Positions 31,419 through 40,884 of a DNA stretch of 64,000 bases are shown here, piece after piece; the stretch's first letter is position 1, and every line of letters begins with the position of its first letter. The notes under the pieces were generated by a model that did not search any database, was not told where the DNA came from, and saw only the letters and a program-made list of their open reading frames with translations. Source of the stretch: a virus; the IMG/VR virus record IMGVR_UViG_3300034109_001012, one strand, 5' to 3'. The position numbers and the translations under genes were made by a program.

Positions 31419-33270
31419 GAGTACGATTTTTCCTGGGAATTTGAATCAATGTCTTCCCGCTACTGTATCAATTGAAACGGGGGGAAGTTTGACTACGAAT
31501 GGCACAATCTATTTAGGGATTCAAGCCCTCAACGAATCGGGGGTTAATTTTTGTTCAACACTCGTACCGGCAAGCTATACGGTCGGGAGTCGAATTAGAG
31601 TCCAGTTTAATTCTGCCAACAGAACCGGAGGGACTCTATTCCCTTATTATCTCTTAATTGCTTCACCTGATAGCGACAAAGCCAATGGTCACGTTATAGG
31701 AATCTGGAAAAATTGGGAAGACAACGGAAAAACTTTAGCGACATTCTCCGACATTCTTTTGAGCCAAGATACTGATTTAGCCATCACCCCGCTATCGGTA
31801 GCAAACCCTCTGGCACTACCAACAAATGCCATTCAGGGACAGGTAAGAACTGTTACCAGTTTGGGTGCTTATTACCTGAGATTAGACACCCCGCAAGCTG
31901 TTGATGGGGTTAAGGTTATTGCTGATAATTCAGGGAATAAATGGATTTTGAATCTTGGATCTACTAATTATGGGGCATTCCCAATCGGAGGGACTACTGG
32001 AGTTTTTGGCTGTCATCAACCAGCAGCGAATATTGATGCTGAAATCTTAGCAAATAATCCATTTTTTCCACGTCCCACATACACTCCCGATGGTAGCGGA
32101 TCATTGTTTGACCCCGATCAATCACCGATTAGGTTAGCTTTCCTAAATCTGTATGACTCGGAAATGGGAGTGGGTAGAAGACTCCGTTTAAACTGTTTTT
32201 TAAATGGGTCAGAACCTGTTTCTAATTTGTTGAGTGGGAGGATTTTTGCTAAGGTTCTAGGCTTTGTGAATATTGATTCTGGGGAGCTTGTCACCGAAAA
32301 TGACACGGGCGATGGGAACGATATGGATGGTGTTGGGGAATGGGTTCCTGTTGATACGAAGTTAGGCTTTTTTATTCTGCAAAGACCTTTGCCTTATAAC
32401 TGGGTTGTCGCTGTTGAGATAGCAGTTGGATTCAAGTCTTCGGAACTTCAGATAGCACCCGGATCGATTTTGAGCTTTACTCTTAGCTGTGGGATTCAGT
32501 CAGGTGTGTTGGTTGAAGGAGGTCTGATTTATAGGCAGCCACAAGGGGGATTAATCTATAAAGATCAAAATTATACGGGTCGGGTTTTGCCAGATGCTGT
32601 AGGGGTGAGAGTTGGCAGGATGGCAGGGGGGATGATCCACGGATCACAGTCTCGAATCTATGAATTTCTGGACACACCTGAACAGTTTTTATCTGGATTT
32701 TTAACCAATACTGAAGGGCAAAAAATAACCCTTAGTCGTGATGGTGTAGCCACTTTTCGAGGGATTGAGGCTACCCAATCATCGGAAGCGTTATTGGCAA
32801 TTGTTTCTACAAAAACTGGGGAATCCAAGGTTTTTTGGGGTGCTAATGAATTAGTCCTAAATAGCCAAGGAATTTCAGCCATAATAACCTATCCATCAGG
32901 AGGTTTCAATGTTTCCTTGATTCGTTTCTATCTTTTAATTAATGGCGTTTTATATAGGCAGGATTCTCCTTCTGGAATCACAACAGGATTAACCTCTCAA
33001 ACTTTTAATATTTCTGCCATTACTGGATTTAGTTTGACAAGTTTAGAACCGACTAATTATATTAATGGCTTATTTACCTCTCCTGGTATGGCAATAAGTT
33101 TATCCTCTGGATCTCTGTCTGGAAATATTAAGTTAGGGGTTTCTTATGTTTACAATGGAAGTATTGTCTCATCAATCTCTCAAGATGTTTCACTAGGGTG
33201 TTTACCTATCCTAGATTTTGATGCTATGATTAGAATAACAGCAAGGAAGATGACGTTAATTTTTGGATAA
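31405..33270 (+). CDS. Tail/baseplate-associated structural protein (unknown function)
   Basis: 621-aa ORF upstream of the tail fibre gene. Confidence 0.45.
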   Translation: MTIFMSTIFPGNLNQCLPATVSIETGGSLTTNGTIYLGIQALNESGVNFCSTLVPASYTVGSRIRVQFNSANRTGGTLFPYYLLIASPDSDKANGHVIGIWKNWEDNGKTLATFSDILLSQDTDLAITPLSVANPLALPTNAIQGQVRTVTSLGAYYLRLDTPQAVDGVKVIADNSGNKWILNLGSTNYGAFPIGGTTGVFGCHQPAANIDAEILANNPFFPRPTYTPDGSGSLFDPDQSPIRLAFLNLYDSEMGVGRRLRLNCFLNGSEPVSNLLSGRIFAKVLGFVNIDSGELVTENDTGDGNDMDGVGEWVPVDTKLGFFILQRPLPYNWVVAVEIAVGFKSSELQIAPGSILSFTLSCGIQSGVLVEGGLIYRQPQGGLIYKDQNYTGRVLPDAVGVRVGRMAGGMIHGSQSRIYEFLDTPEQFLSGFLTNTEGQKITLSRDGVATFRGIEATQSSEALLAIVSTKTGESKVFWGANELVLNSQGISAIITYPSGGFNVSLIRFYLLINGVLYRQDSPSGITTGLTSQTFNISAITGFSLTSLEPTNYINGLFTSPGMAISLSSGSLSGNIKLGVSYVYNGSIVSSISQDVSLGCLPILDFDAMIRITARKMTLIFG

Positions 33271-33271
33271 T

Positions 33272-33442
33272 ATGAGAGATCTAAATTATGTATCGCAAGA
33301 GTTAATAAAAATATTAAAATTAACTCAGCCTCAAATTAAAAACGGATACAATCAAGTCACGCTATCAACTCAAAAGCAGACGATTGTAATTCCCAAACAA
33401 TCTGGCTCCAAAAGATCATCATCTAGTTCAAGGAGTATTTGA
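33272..33442 (+). CDS. Small hypothetical protein (56 aa, not in ORF track)
   Basis: ATG 1 nt after the upstream stop; fills the intergenic gap; Ser-rich C-terminus. Confidence 0.3.
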   Translation: MRDLNYVSQELIKILKLTQPQIKNGYNQVTLSTQKQTIVIPKQSGSKRSSSSSRSI

Positions 33443-33445
33443 AAC

Positions 33446-33913
33446 ATGACACTATCGACCGAAGCTCGAACGAATCTAAACAGCATTTTAACTGCCTTGG
33501 ATGAGCAAATGCAGTTAAGCGAAAATGCAGCTTATCAAGCTGCATTAAAATACAACGCTGTATTGAGTTGCTTTGATGATATCTCTACGCTCACCAAAGA
33601 GGCAACATTAACAGCGATTAACGCCAAGATTCCCAGTCTTTCTAATAACAGGATTCCGGTTGAGTTGCCCGCGACCAACTTAACAGCAGATTGGAGGATT
33701 TTAACAGCAGGGACAACAACTATTCCCGCAGGGAGTTGTTATGTCTACATAACGATTTTAACCGGAACTGTAACGATTAATGGACTGACAAAAACAGCAA
33801 CAAATGGGATTAATGACATTGTGAATTTGGAGTCATGCTTGCCCGCGCGACATCCCGCCATCACAATCATTGTTCCAGAAGGGGCATCCGTTGAACTAAT
33901 AAGGGGGTTTTAG
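33446..33913 (+). CDS. Hypothetical tail-fibre-module protein
   Basis: 155-aa ORF abutting the tail fibre gene. Confidence 0.45.
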   Translation: MTLSTEARTNLNSILTALDEQMQLSENAAYQAALKYNAVLSCFDDISTLTKEATLTAINAKIPSLSNNRIPVELPATNLTADWRILTAGTTTIPAGSCYVYITILTGTVTINGLTKTATNGINDIVNLESCLPARHPAITIIVPEGASVELIRGF

Positions 33914-35647
33914 ATGGGCGTTGGACAATTAATTAGGAATGTGATTACAGCTGAAACCGATCCAACGGTGGCAAATTTCACAAAATCATTAACTTCTAGC
34001 AACACAATCTTAACGGCTGTTAACGCCGCGTCTGGCACAATTTCAGCATCGGTTTTGCCATCCTATGTTGATGATGTCTTGAATTTTGCTAACCTTGCAG
34101 CGTTTCCGGTTGCGGGTGATGCTGGCAAAATTTATGTCACCGAAGATAACAACAAAACCTACCGATGGTCGGGTTCTGTTTATGTTGAGATATCGAGTTC
34201 TGCTACTGCGGGAGAGGCTTTAAAACTAACCACGCCACGGACAATTACAACAACGGGGGATGCTAGTTATTCAGTTAGTTTTGATGGTTCAGCCAATGTT
34301 ACAAGTGCGATAACACTGGCAACGGTCAATAGTAATGCTGGTTCTTTCGGTAGTGCTAGTTCAATTCCTGCTATTACTGTCAATGCTAAGGGTCAAGTAA
34401 CTGCGGTTTCAACTAACAGTATCGGCAACGAATTAATTGCTATTCAATCGCTATCCGACACCCCAGGATTCCTAAAAAAAACAGGGGATGGGACTTATTC
34501 AATTGATATTAATTCCTATCTTTCATTGGCGGGTGGAACTTTAACAGGGGCATTGATCGCCACTTCTTTTTCTGGGGTTGGGACGGCATTAACAGCTTTA
34601 AATGCTTCAAATATCTCAACTGGAACCATCAACGCAGCCCGATTACCCGCAGCTTACCTCCCCCTGACTGGTGGGACTATCACAGGGGACTTGGTTTCAA
34701 CTAGCGCAACGGTATCAACCTCTCCCAATACAGGGGCTTTGAGGGTTGCTAGTTTAGGGGTTACGGGTGATGTCAATGCGTATACGGTATCAGCTAGTGA
34801 ATTAACAGTTTCGAGTATTTATCCGGCGATATGGCTTAACGAGAGCAAAGCCCCGACAAATAAAAAATTATGGTATTTGGTGGTGGATGGGGAGACGCTC
34901 CAGTTTCAAACGAGAGATGATAATAGTAATTTCCTAGGGCAGCCCCTTACTGTTTCAAGGGCGGGTACTATTACCACAACAGATATGATTGTGTCTGCTG
35001 CAACACCTTCAACTTCTACCACTACAGGCGCGATTCGTGCAGCTAGTTTGGGGATTACGGGAGCGATTTTTGCTGGTTCGTTGAACGGGGATGGCTCCGG
35101 ACTAACCAGTTTAAATGCTTCTAATATTTCAACCGGAACCTTGAGTGCTGCCAGACTTCCCGACACATACCTTCCTTTGGCTGGTGGTATTGTAACGGGT
35201 GCTTTAAGGTTACGAAGTCTGGGGTATGCAGCTGCTATCGAAATCAGTAACCTTGGAAAAACAGAAGCAGGACTTAGCACCTCATACGTTCTCTATAATA
35301 TGAAATCAACAAATGCGGGGGGGAGCTTGCAAAATGGTTTTCATATTTACTCTTATAATAATAATGCTGTTAAATCAATACCCTTCACTATTTTAGATAA
35401 TGATAATGTAGGAATTGGTACTACTAGCCCATCGCAACAATTAGATGTTAATGGGTCGGCAAAAGCAACGTCTTTTGTTGTTGGGACTAATCAAGTTGTT
35501 TCCGCCCGAAGAACGGGATGGGCTGCCCCTACGGGAACCGCTACTCGCACAACTTTTGCAACTTCAACGGTAACTCTTTCACAATTAGCTGAAAGAGTAA
35601 AAGCGTTGATTGATGATTTGACAACTCACGGATTAATAGGAGCATAA
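33914..35647 (+). CDS. Tail fibre protein
   Basis: Repeated LNASNISTGT(I/L)xAARLPxxYLPLxGGxxTGxL units and C-terminal NVGIGTTSPSQQLDVNG motif typical of phage fibres. Confidence 0.75.
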   Translation: MGVGQLIRNVITAETDPTVANFTKSLTSSNTILTAVNAASGTISASVLPSYVDDVLNFANLAAFPVAGDAGKIYVTEDNNKTYRWSGSVYVEISSSATAGEALKLTTPRTITTTGDASYSVSFDGSANVTSAITLATVNSNAGSFGSASSIPAITVNAKGQVTAVSTNSIGNELIAIQSLSDTPGFLKKTGDGTYSIDINSYLSLAGGTLTGALIATSFSGVGTALTALNASNISTGTINAARLPAAYLPLTGGTITGDLVSTSATVSTSPNTGALRVASLGVTGDVNAYTVSASELTVSSIYPAIWLNESKAPTNKKLWYLVVDGETLQFQTRDDNSNFLGQPLTVSRAGTITTTDMIVSAATPSTSTTTGAIRAASLGITGAIFAGSLNGDGSGLTSLNASNISTGTLSAARLPDTYLPLAGGIVTGALRLRSLGYAAAIEISNLGKTEAGLSTSYVLYNMKSTNAGGSLQNGFHIYSYNNNAVKSIPFTILDNDNVGIGTTSPSQQLDVNGSAKATSFVVGTNQVVSARRTGWAAPTGTATRTTFATSTVTLSQLAERVKALIDDLTTHGLIGA

Positions 35648-35649
35648 AA

Positions 35650-35964
35650 ATGAGTTACCAAGAGCATAGAATTGTCTATCGTCAACAGTTTGAAACTGCA
35701 AATCCTCAAACTGGAATTGTTAATAGGGAATATATTGAAGCCTGTTATGTAATCGTCATGGTTGACGATGAAACGGGTCATACAATCCCAACGAATAAAA
35801 GCGGAATCATTAGGATTCCGTTGGCTAAATATCCAGGGCTGCACGATGCTATTGAGGCTTTTGTTCCTATTTTTATTGATGCCTTTGAGAAGGAATATCA
35901 AGAAAGATTAGACGCGGAATTAGTCGCACTTGAATCCATGGACAACGACCCGTTAGTACAATAA
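35650..35964 (+). CDS. Hypothetical protein
   Basis: 104-aa ORF 3 nt after the fibre gene. Confidence 0.4.
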   Translation: MSYQEHRIVYRQQFETANPQTGIVNREYIEACYVIVMVDDETGHTIPTNKSGIIRIPLAKYPGLHDAIEAFVPIFIDAFEKEYQERLDAELVALESMDNDPLVQ

Positions 35965-35968
35965 CAAT

Positions 35969-36304
35969 ATGCCATTGACAATCGACAATTCTGGCTATAT
36001 TCTCCTGCTATTTTTTGCCGGACTAATTTCTATTGTTAATGGCATCTTCTTATTTTTTGATGATAGAAAATTAAATAAATACTTGAGTTCAACGCTATTG
36101 ATTAACAGTGGTATAATGCTGATATTTGATAGTTTAAATAAATTTGGCTATCAAAAATTTGGATATATCAAGGTTTCGACTTTAGTTATTCAGGTTTTTA
36201 TCAGTTTTCTATCGTTGTTTTTGGTGTGGGAGCATTACTATGAACGGAACAAAAAACTTAAGGAAAGAAAGAGAAAAAAACAGGACTTTCCCGACGTTGA
36301 TTGA
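35969..36304 (+). CDS. Membrane protein (3 predicted TM segments, basic tail)
   Basis: Hydrophobic segments then KKLKERKRKKQ tail; holin-like architecture, but no lysin recognised nearby. Confidence 0.4.
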   Translation: MPLTIDNSGYILLLFFAGLISIVNGIFLFFDDRKLNKYLSSTLLINSGIMLIFDSLNKFGYQKFGYIKVSTLVIQVFISFLSLFLVWEHYYERNKKLKERKRKKQDFPDVD

Positions 36305-36743
36305 ATACGAGAGATACAACAGTAAACCAGTTTTTAAGATTAAGTATGTCGGTCAGGCATTGTTTTTTAATCATCATTTCTTGGTGATGATTTTATTGGG
36401 GTTTTTTGGGGTGATATTTACCCCGCCAAAAACTTCCATTTATTTCGTAAACGAAAGCATCGACTTCCTGAACGCCTTTATGTTGGGGGTGGGGATTAGC
36501 GGTGTGATTTGTTGGGTATTTGTTTATAAGTTGAAAAAAAATCATTATGTTAGCTCTCCGGTTTGGGTGGCTTGCTATTTGCTATTGAATATCTGCCACA
36601 TCCTTTCAGTGTTGTTTGTTCTCGGTTTTTTTGGAGCCATAGGAATTGAACAAAACGGGAATATTTCTGCTTTAATTTGCGGGAATTTTTTCTCAACTCT
36701 TGTGGGAATTGTGTTATCTATAAAGTATACCTATAAGTCCTAA
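36240..36743 (+). CDS. Membrane protein (4 predicted TM segments); start uncertain
   Basis: 167-aa track ORF overlaps the previous ORF by 65 nt; hydrophobic core. Confidence 0.4.
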   Translation: MNGTKNLRKEREKNRTFPTLIEYERYNSKPVFKIKYVGQALFFNHHFLVMILLGFFGVIFTPPKTSIYFVNESIDFLNAFMLGVGISGVICWVFVYKLKKNHYVSSPVWVACYLLLNICHILSVLFVLGFFGAIGIEQNGNISALICGNFFSTLVGIVLSIKYTYKS

Positions 36744-36744
36744 T

Positions 36745-37149
36745 ATGTTGACCTTTCTTCAGATTACTACAACCACACCACCAGACCAAACCGTCCAAAC
36801 TGTCTTGGGGTTCACTGGTATTTTATTGAGTGGTAGTAGCGTGATCGGGATTGCTATTAATCGAATTTTTGATATTAAAAATGCTAAAATAATTGTGGAA
36901 CTTCAGGGGAAGATTAAGACTCTTGAAAGGGAGATTGAATACAGAGAAACCAATCTTCGCAAAATCGAAACTGAGAATATTAACTTAAAGGAAAAGTTAA
37001 CCATATTACAAGAGCAGAGTAATTCAAGTATTAGTAATCAAATAGCTGAATTACAAGAAAAAAATCAGAAGTTGAATTTAGAATATAAAAAAGCTATTGC
37101 AGTTATTAATAAGTTTAAAAAAAGTGTTAAACACCATCCTGACCAATAA
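36745..37149 (+). CDS. N-terminal TM anchor plus coiled-coil protein
   Basis: 134 aa; one hydrophobic segment, then heptad-like E/K/L region. Confidence 0.4.
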   Translation: MLTFLQITTTTPPDQTVQTVLGFTGILLSGSSVIGIAINRIFDIKNAKIIVELQGKIKTLEREIEYRETNLRKIETENINLKEKLTILQEQSNSSISNQIAELQEKNQKLNLEYKKAIAVINKFKKSVKHHPDQ

Positions 37150-37164
37150 AGAATCCTTTTTATT

Positions 37165-37380
37165 ATGAAAAATTCTACTATAATTAAGTTAATAGCACTC
37201 AACAGGGAGGTGACGGCATCTGAGGAGATTTTCACGATTAAGGAATTGAAGGATAAATACCCTAAACTTTGGCTAAATTCTAGGGGAGATTATCAAGTTT
37301 TTGTTAATTCGTGTATGGATAAATGGATTAAGGAACAGGTAGAATTAAAGTGGAACGTTGTTACTTTTGAGGTGGGATGA
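37165..37380 (+). CDS. Hypothetical protein
   Basis: 71-aa ORF, ATGA overlap with the next ORF. Confidence 0.4.
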   Translation: MKNSTIIKLIALNREVTASEEIFTIKELKDKYPKLWLNSRGDYQVFVNSCMDKWIKEQVELKWNVVTFEVG

Positions 37381-37769
37381 TGGATACGGAAGCATTAAAA
37401 AATTTAATAACCGAGTACGAGAATGCTACTACGGATTCAGGGTACAAGATGAGATTAGCTAATCAGATGAACGACATTATAAAAAAAGATATCTGGGAAC
37501 TTCAAGGGAAAATTAGAGAGGAAATGATGTTGCGAATGCAAACAAAAACAGAACAATTAAATAATTTAATAGCCAAAACAACGGGAGAAAATACCCAATA
37601 TGGTTATTGGTATATTGAGTTCAGAGGTCGGTCTGGGTGGTGGGCGGTTTCTGATATCCCTGTTAGTTTTGGAGAGAATGGAACATACCTCGGTAAGTCT
37701 TATATTGATGCTGTCAGGTCAATTAAAGATTTATTTCCAGAAAGAAAACCTTTGAATAGGGTGCTATAA
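37377..37769 (+). CDS. Hypothetical protein
   Basis: 130-aa ORF. Confidence 0.4.
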   Translation: MMDTEALKNLITEYENATTDSGYKMRLANQMNDIIKKDIWELQGKIREEMMLRMQTKTEQLNNLIAKTTGENTQYGYWYIEFRGRSGWWAVSDIPVSFGENGTYLGKSYIDAVRSIKDLFPERKPLNRVL

Positions 37770-37877
37770 TAATAATGCACACTGATTAAAATTGGACAAC
37801 ACTAACCCGATGATTTATTAATTGTTGGGTTTTTTATTGGTGAAGATATTGGGTTTGTATTATAATATTAAAATGCA

Positions 37878-38807
37878 ATGGTAACTAATATTATTATGTA
37901 TGCAAATCAAATTATTCATGGCGATTGTTTTGAGGTTTTAAAGAATATTCCTGATAAGTCGATTGATGCTGTGATAACCGATCCACCCTACGGAATTGGG
38001 TTGGCAAAATGGGATACTGTTGTGGATATCCCATTATTTACTAAAGAGGTTAAACGGGTTTCTAATGGGTTTTATGCCTTCTTTGGTCAGATGCCAACTA
38101 TGGTTAATTGGATTAATGAAGCTAATAATGAGAAATTGCATTACTGTGAGCATATATCATGGATTAAGAGAATGGAAATGCCGTGTTTTCCTAGGCTAAA
38201 AAGGAAGCACGAAAGTATAATTCTTTATTCTAAAGACTCAACTATAAAATATTTTAAAAATACAGGAAAATATGAAGATGTAAAAATCCCTGGGTTAATG
38301 TTTGATGTCATTACTATTCAGGCTATACAGAGGATGATCAGTGACCTGAAAACAGGAGTAGTTAGCAGGATTTCGTCTTGCAACTTTCAAGGACAATTTT
38401 CGAGTGAGAAAAGAAAACTCGGAAAAAGTCACAACCGATTGATTCCAGAGGATGTAGACTTCACTAATGTTTGGTCATTCTTGCCACCCGTTTATCAACC
38501 TGGGAGAAGTCAAAAACAATCCTATGTACACCCAACAGAAAAGCCATTAGAGATAATGAAGCGGTTAGTTGAAATGCTAACACCGGAAGGTGGAACAGTT
38601 TTAGATCCGTTTTGTGGTAGTGGTACAACGGCGGTGGCTTGCAAAGAATTGGGGCGTAATTATATTTGTATTGAGAAAGAGAAAGAATATTTTGATATTG
38701 CTTGCGATCGCATCTCCCAACCCAGGGAATATTCAGAAACAGAATTAGAAATTATGGAGCTAAAGCAACCGGAATTTAAGCAATTAAGTTTGTTTGACGT
38801 GGCTTAA
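37878..38807 (+). CDS. DNA methyltransferase, N6-adenine/N4-cytosine family (beta class, orphan)
   Basis: Motif IV VITDPPYGIG precedes motif I FCGSGTT; true start may be MYANQIIHGDC at 37896. Confidence 0.85.
   Translation: MVTNIIMYANQIIHGDCFEVLKNIPDKSIDAVITDPPYGIGLAKWDTVVDIPLFTKEVKRVSNGFYAFFGQMPTMVNWINEANNEKLHYCEHISWIKRMEMPCFPRLKRKHESIILYSKDSTIKYFKNTGKYEDVKIPGLMFDVITIQAIQRMISDLKTGVVSRISSCNFQGQFSSEKRKLGKSHNRLIPEDVDFTNVWSFLPPVYQPGRSQKQSYVHPTEKPLEIMKRLVEMLTPEGGTVLDPFCGSGTTAVACKELGRNYICIEKEKEYFDIACDRISQPREYSETELEIMELKQPEFKQLSLFDVA
38767..38807 (+). repeat. 41-bp direct repeat, copy 1 (3' end of methyltransferase gene)
   Basis: AACCGGAATTTAAGCAATTAAGTTTGTTTGACGTGGCTTAA; 40/41 identical to 39244..39284. 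Confidence 0.9.
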
Positions 38808-38851
38808 ATTACTGCTAAAATAAGGTAAAGTAATTGTTTAAACAGGGTAAC

Positions 38852-39256
38852 ATGGCAAAGCAAGATAAAGCAGAACAAAAAGAGGTTGAAACGTTTGAAA
38901 ACAGAAAAAGTCAGTTTCAGTCTTGGCTAAAGAACAATCCAGATAATAGCGATTCTCAGCTATTCACAAGAATATCTATTGCAGTTCTTGATGCTCTCGA
39001 ATACATGACAGCAAAATACAGTTATAGAAATGGAGAGATTGATTTTGATTTTGAGACAATGGACGCATTACACAGCCATGACTACATTCTTAAAACACTA
39101 GAAAGGGTTGCATTATTTACGGCTTTTTTCCTAAAGATAACAATCAAAGACTTCAGAATTATTCAAAACAATGAAACGTTAAGCAACGTCATTTGTTGGT
39201 TTGAAAGTGTGGATGCCTACGACTACGATAATTACGATCAGTTAACCGGAATTTAA
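38852..39256 (+). CDS. Hypothetical protein bracketed by the 41-bp direct repeat
   Basis: ATG (MAKQDKAEQ) at 38852; track start 38834 is TTG; stop lies inside repeat copy 2. Confidence 0.45.
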   Translation: MAKQDKAEQKEVETFENRKSQFQSWLKNNPDNSDSQLFTRISIAVLDALEYMTAKYSYRNGEIDFDFETMDALHSHDYILKTLERVALFTAFFLKITIKDFRIIQNNETLSNVICWFESVDAYDYDNYDQLTGI

Positions 39257-39284
39257 GCAATTAAGTTTGTTTGACGTAGCTTAA
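39244..39284 (+). repeat. 41-bp direct repeat, copy 2
   Basis: AACCGGAATTTAAGCAATTAAGTTTGTTTGACGTAGCTTAA. Confidence 0.9.
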
Positions 39285-39328
39285 TTAACAGACAAACTAA
39301 TAAAATATTGATATAATTAATAACAGAA

Positions 39329-39913
39329 ATGCTCCTCGCGGTGTTAGTCGCACCCAAGAGCCGTAACCATTACATGGAAAATAGTCACATGGATAATATT
39401 AGCAAAGTATTGGTAAAATCCGTTCACTTAGGCGGTGGCATTGTCTTAGAAGGTCATCAGTACCCAAGTGGAGAATTTGGTCTGTCCATCACGTCGGCAT
39501 CTACTTCCCTGGGATTTTCAAGGGAATGGTTGGGGAGAGCTATAGACAGAAGTGGCAACACCTTCAAAGCCTTATGTAGTGCGGGTTTTAGTGGTATTTC
39601 CGAGAAAGTGGCAACACCTTCAAATGGTGGGGAACAGGTTTCTCGCAGTATCTTGTTAAAGGATTTCAATAGATTAATCCTGTACGCTGCAAGCAAAGGA
39701 AATCCAGAAGCCGTCGCCCTTGCGGACGCACTGCTTTCAATGAGCTTAACGGATCTATTTCGAGATACCTTTGGGGAGCGCCCCTTAACTCTGGATGAAA
39801 AACGGGCTGCTTTTTACAGGTCTTACGCCGCGACTATCAATTGGCTCGAAGAAGATAGACAGGAATGGCGAGTCATTGAGGAACAAGAGGCGTTTATATT
39901 GAGTATGAGCTAA
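39329..39913 (+). CDS. Hypothetical protein (start uncertain)
   Basis: 194-aa ORF preceded by extended -10 TGATATAAT (39309-39317). Confidence 0.45.
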   Translation: MLLAVLVAPKSRNHYMENSHMDNISKVLVKSVHLGGGIVLEGHQYPSGEFGLSITSASTSLGFSREWLGRAIDRSGNTFKALCSAGFSGISEKVATPSNGGEQVSRSILLKDFNRLILYAASKGNPEAVALADALLSMSLTDLFRDTFGERPLTLDEKRAAFYRSYAATINWLEEDRQEWRVIEEQEAFILSMS

Positions 39914-39924
39914 TCAAAAAATAA

Positions 39925-39944
39925 CCCTCTAAATATTTAGAGGG
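39925..39944. terminator. Perfect 20-bp palindrome CCCTCTAAATATTTAGAGGG, copy 1
   Basis: Directly after the 39329..39913 stop; A-run upstream, so T-run on the minus strand. Confidence 0.45.
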
Positions 39945-39974
39945 GTTAATCCCATGAGTAAACATTAATAAAAA

Positions 39975-40415
39975 ATGACTACACCAACGGATAGATACGC
40001 ATCCGCACTAAAAGAACTCTCCTCACTCCTTGGGGGTCAAATAGCCTATCACTTTCCTGATTATCAGGCAATATTAGATAACGTGCAGCCACGGGGTACA
40101 AGAGCCCTTTTTAGACAGCAAACTCGTTTAATGGCTGTTGTAGAAGGGGTTGCCATTATAAAGATCGGTAACTCTGCTATAAAAGAACTAGCCTCTACTC
40201 ATCGCCATTCAAACGCATTGACTGAAGCGTTTAAGTCTTATTATGGTGGCGAGGGCATGAGCCTTGTTTTTATTTGTGACGACGACATTATAAAACCACC
40301 GCCACCGCCAAGAGACAAGAATGGACAGGCAAGTATTTTTGACATCCTGGAAAGTGAGTATTTTAAGAGTTCACCAAAAGGAGGCATTCTTACCAATCCC
40401 AAGCCAACTAAATAA
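39975..40415 (+). CDS. Hypothetical protein
   Basis: 146-aa ORF with a PPPPP segment. Confidence 0.45.
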   Translation: MTTPTDRYASALKELSSLLGGQIAYHFPDYQAILDNVQPRGTRALFRQQTRLMAVVEGVAIIKIGNSAIKELASTHRHSNALTEAFKSYYGGEGMSLVFICDDDIIKPPPPPRDKNGQASIFDILESEYFKSSPKGGILTNPKPTK

Positions 40416-40420
40416 AAATA

Positions 40421-40442
40421 CCCCTCTAAATATTTAGAGGGG
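40421..40442. terminator. Palindrome CCCCTCTAAATATTTAGAGGGG, copy 2 (between convergent units)
   Basis: Same core as 39925..39944; on the minus strand it is followed by TATTTTTATTT. Confidence 0.5.
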
Positions 40443-40480
40443 TTAAACCTAAATAAACACAAATTAAAACTTGCGAAGTT

Positions 40481-40558
40481 TTAACTTAATTTGTTGGCGA
40501 GCATAACACCAACAATTCCGCATAGTAAACAAACCAACAGGGTTAAAAAATAAGTCAT
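40481..40558 (-). CDS. 25-aa hydrophobic peptide MTYFLTLLVCLLCGIVGVMLANKLS (not in ORF track)
   Basis: Preceded by the same AACAACACAAAGGTAGAGACATG initiation region as 40644..40847; single TM-like segment. Confidence 0.35.
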   Translation of the reverse strand: MTYFLTLLVCLLCGIVGVMLANKLS

Positions 40559-40596
40559 GTCTCTACCTTTGTGTTGTTGATATCCCTTTTCGGGAA

Positions 40597-40643
40597 TGCG
40601 ATCGCACGGAGTCGAACCGTGCTAGGAGCTAACCTGCGATCGC
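40597..40643 (-). ncRNA. tRNA-like minihelix (7-bp acceptor stem + T-arm, no D/anticodon arms), copy 2 in transcript order
   Basis: GCGAUCG-CAGGUUAGCUCCUAG-CACGG-UUCGACU-CCGUG-CGAUCGC-A; starts right after the 40644..40847 stop codon. Confidence 0.5.
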
Positions 40644-40847
40644 TCAAACATATTCTAGGATCGCCCCATCGGGGAAATCCGAATACATCTCAGCCTCCTT
40701 AGCGAAAGCTAGAAAATCCTTGTGTATAAATACGTCAGTACCATTAAAGGTACTCAGGACGTACCCAGCTTCTGCTAACTGGTTACGATAAGCCCCGACC
40801 GCCTTTTTGTAGTCGGCGCTAATTTTCAACCCCTTTGCTAGTGTCAT
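40644..40847 (-). CDS. Hypothetical 67-aa protein
   Basis: ORF flanked on both sides by the tRNA-like cassette. Confidence 0.45.
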   Translation of the reverse strand: MTLAKGLKISADYKKAVGAYRNQLAEAGYVLSTFNGTDVFIHKDFLAFAKEAEMYSDFPDGAILEYV

Positions 40848-40884
40848 GTCTCTACCTTTGTGTTGTTTAAATCCCTTTCGGGAA

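Noticed and set aside
35969-37149. Calling the three membrane-protein ORFs a holin-endolysin lysis cassette
   Set aside because: No ORF in the window shows lysozyme, amidase or peptidase motifs that I can recognise. Membrane topology alone is insufficient, so they were left as membrane proteins.
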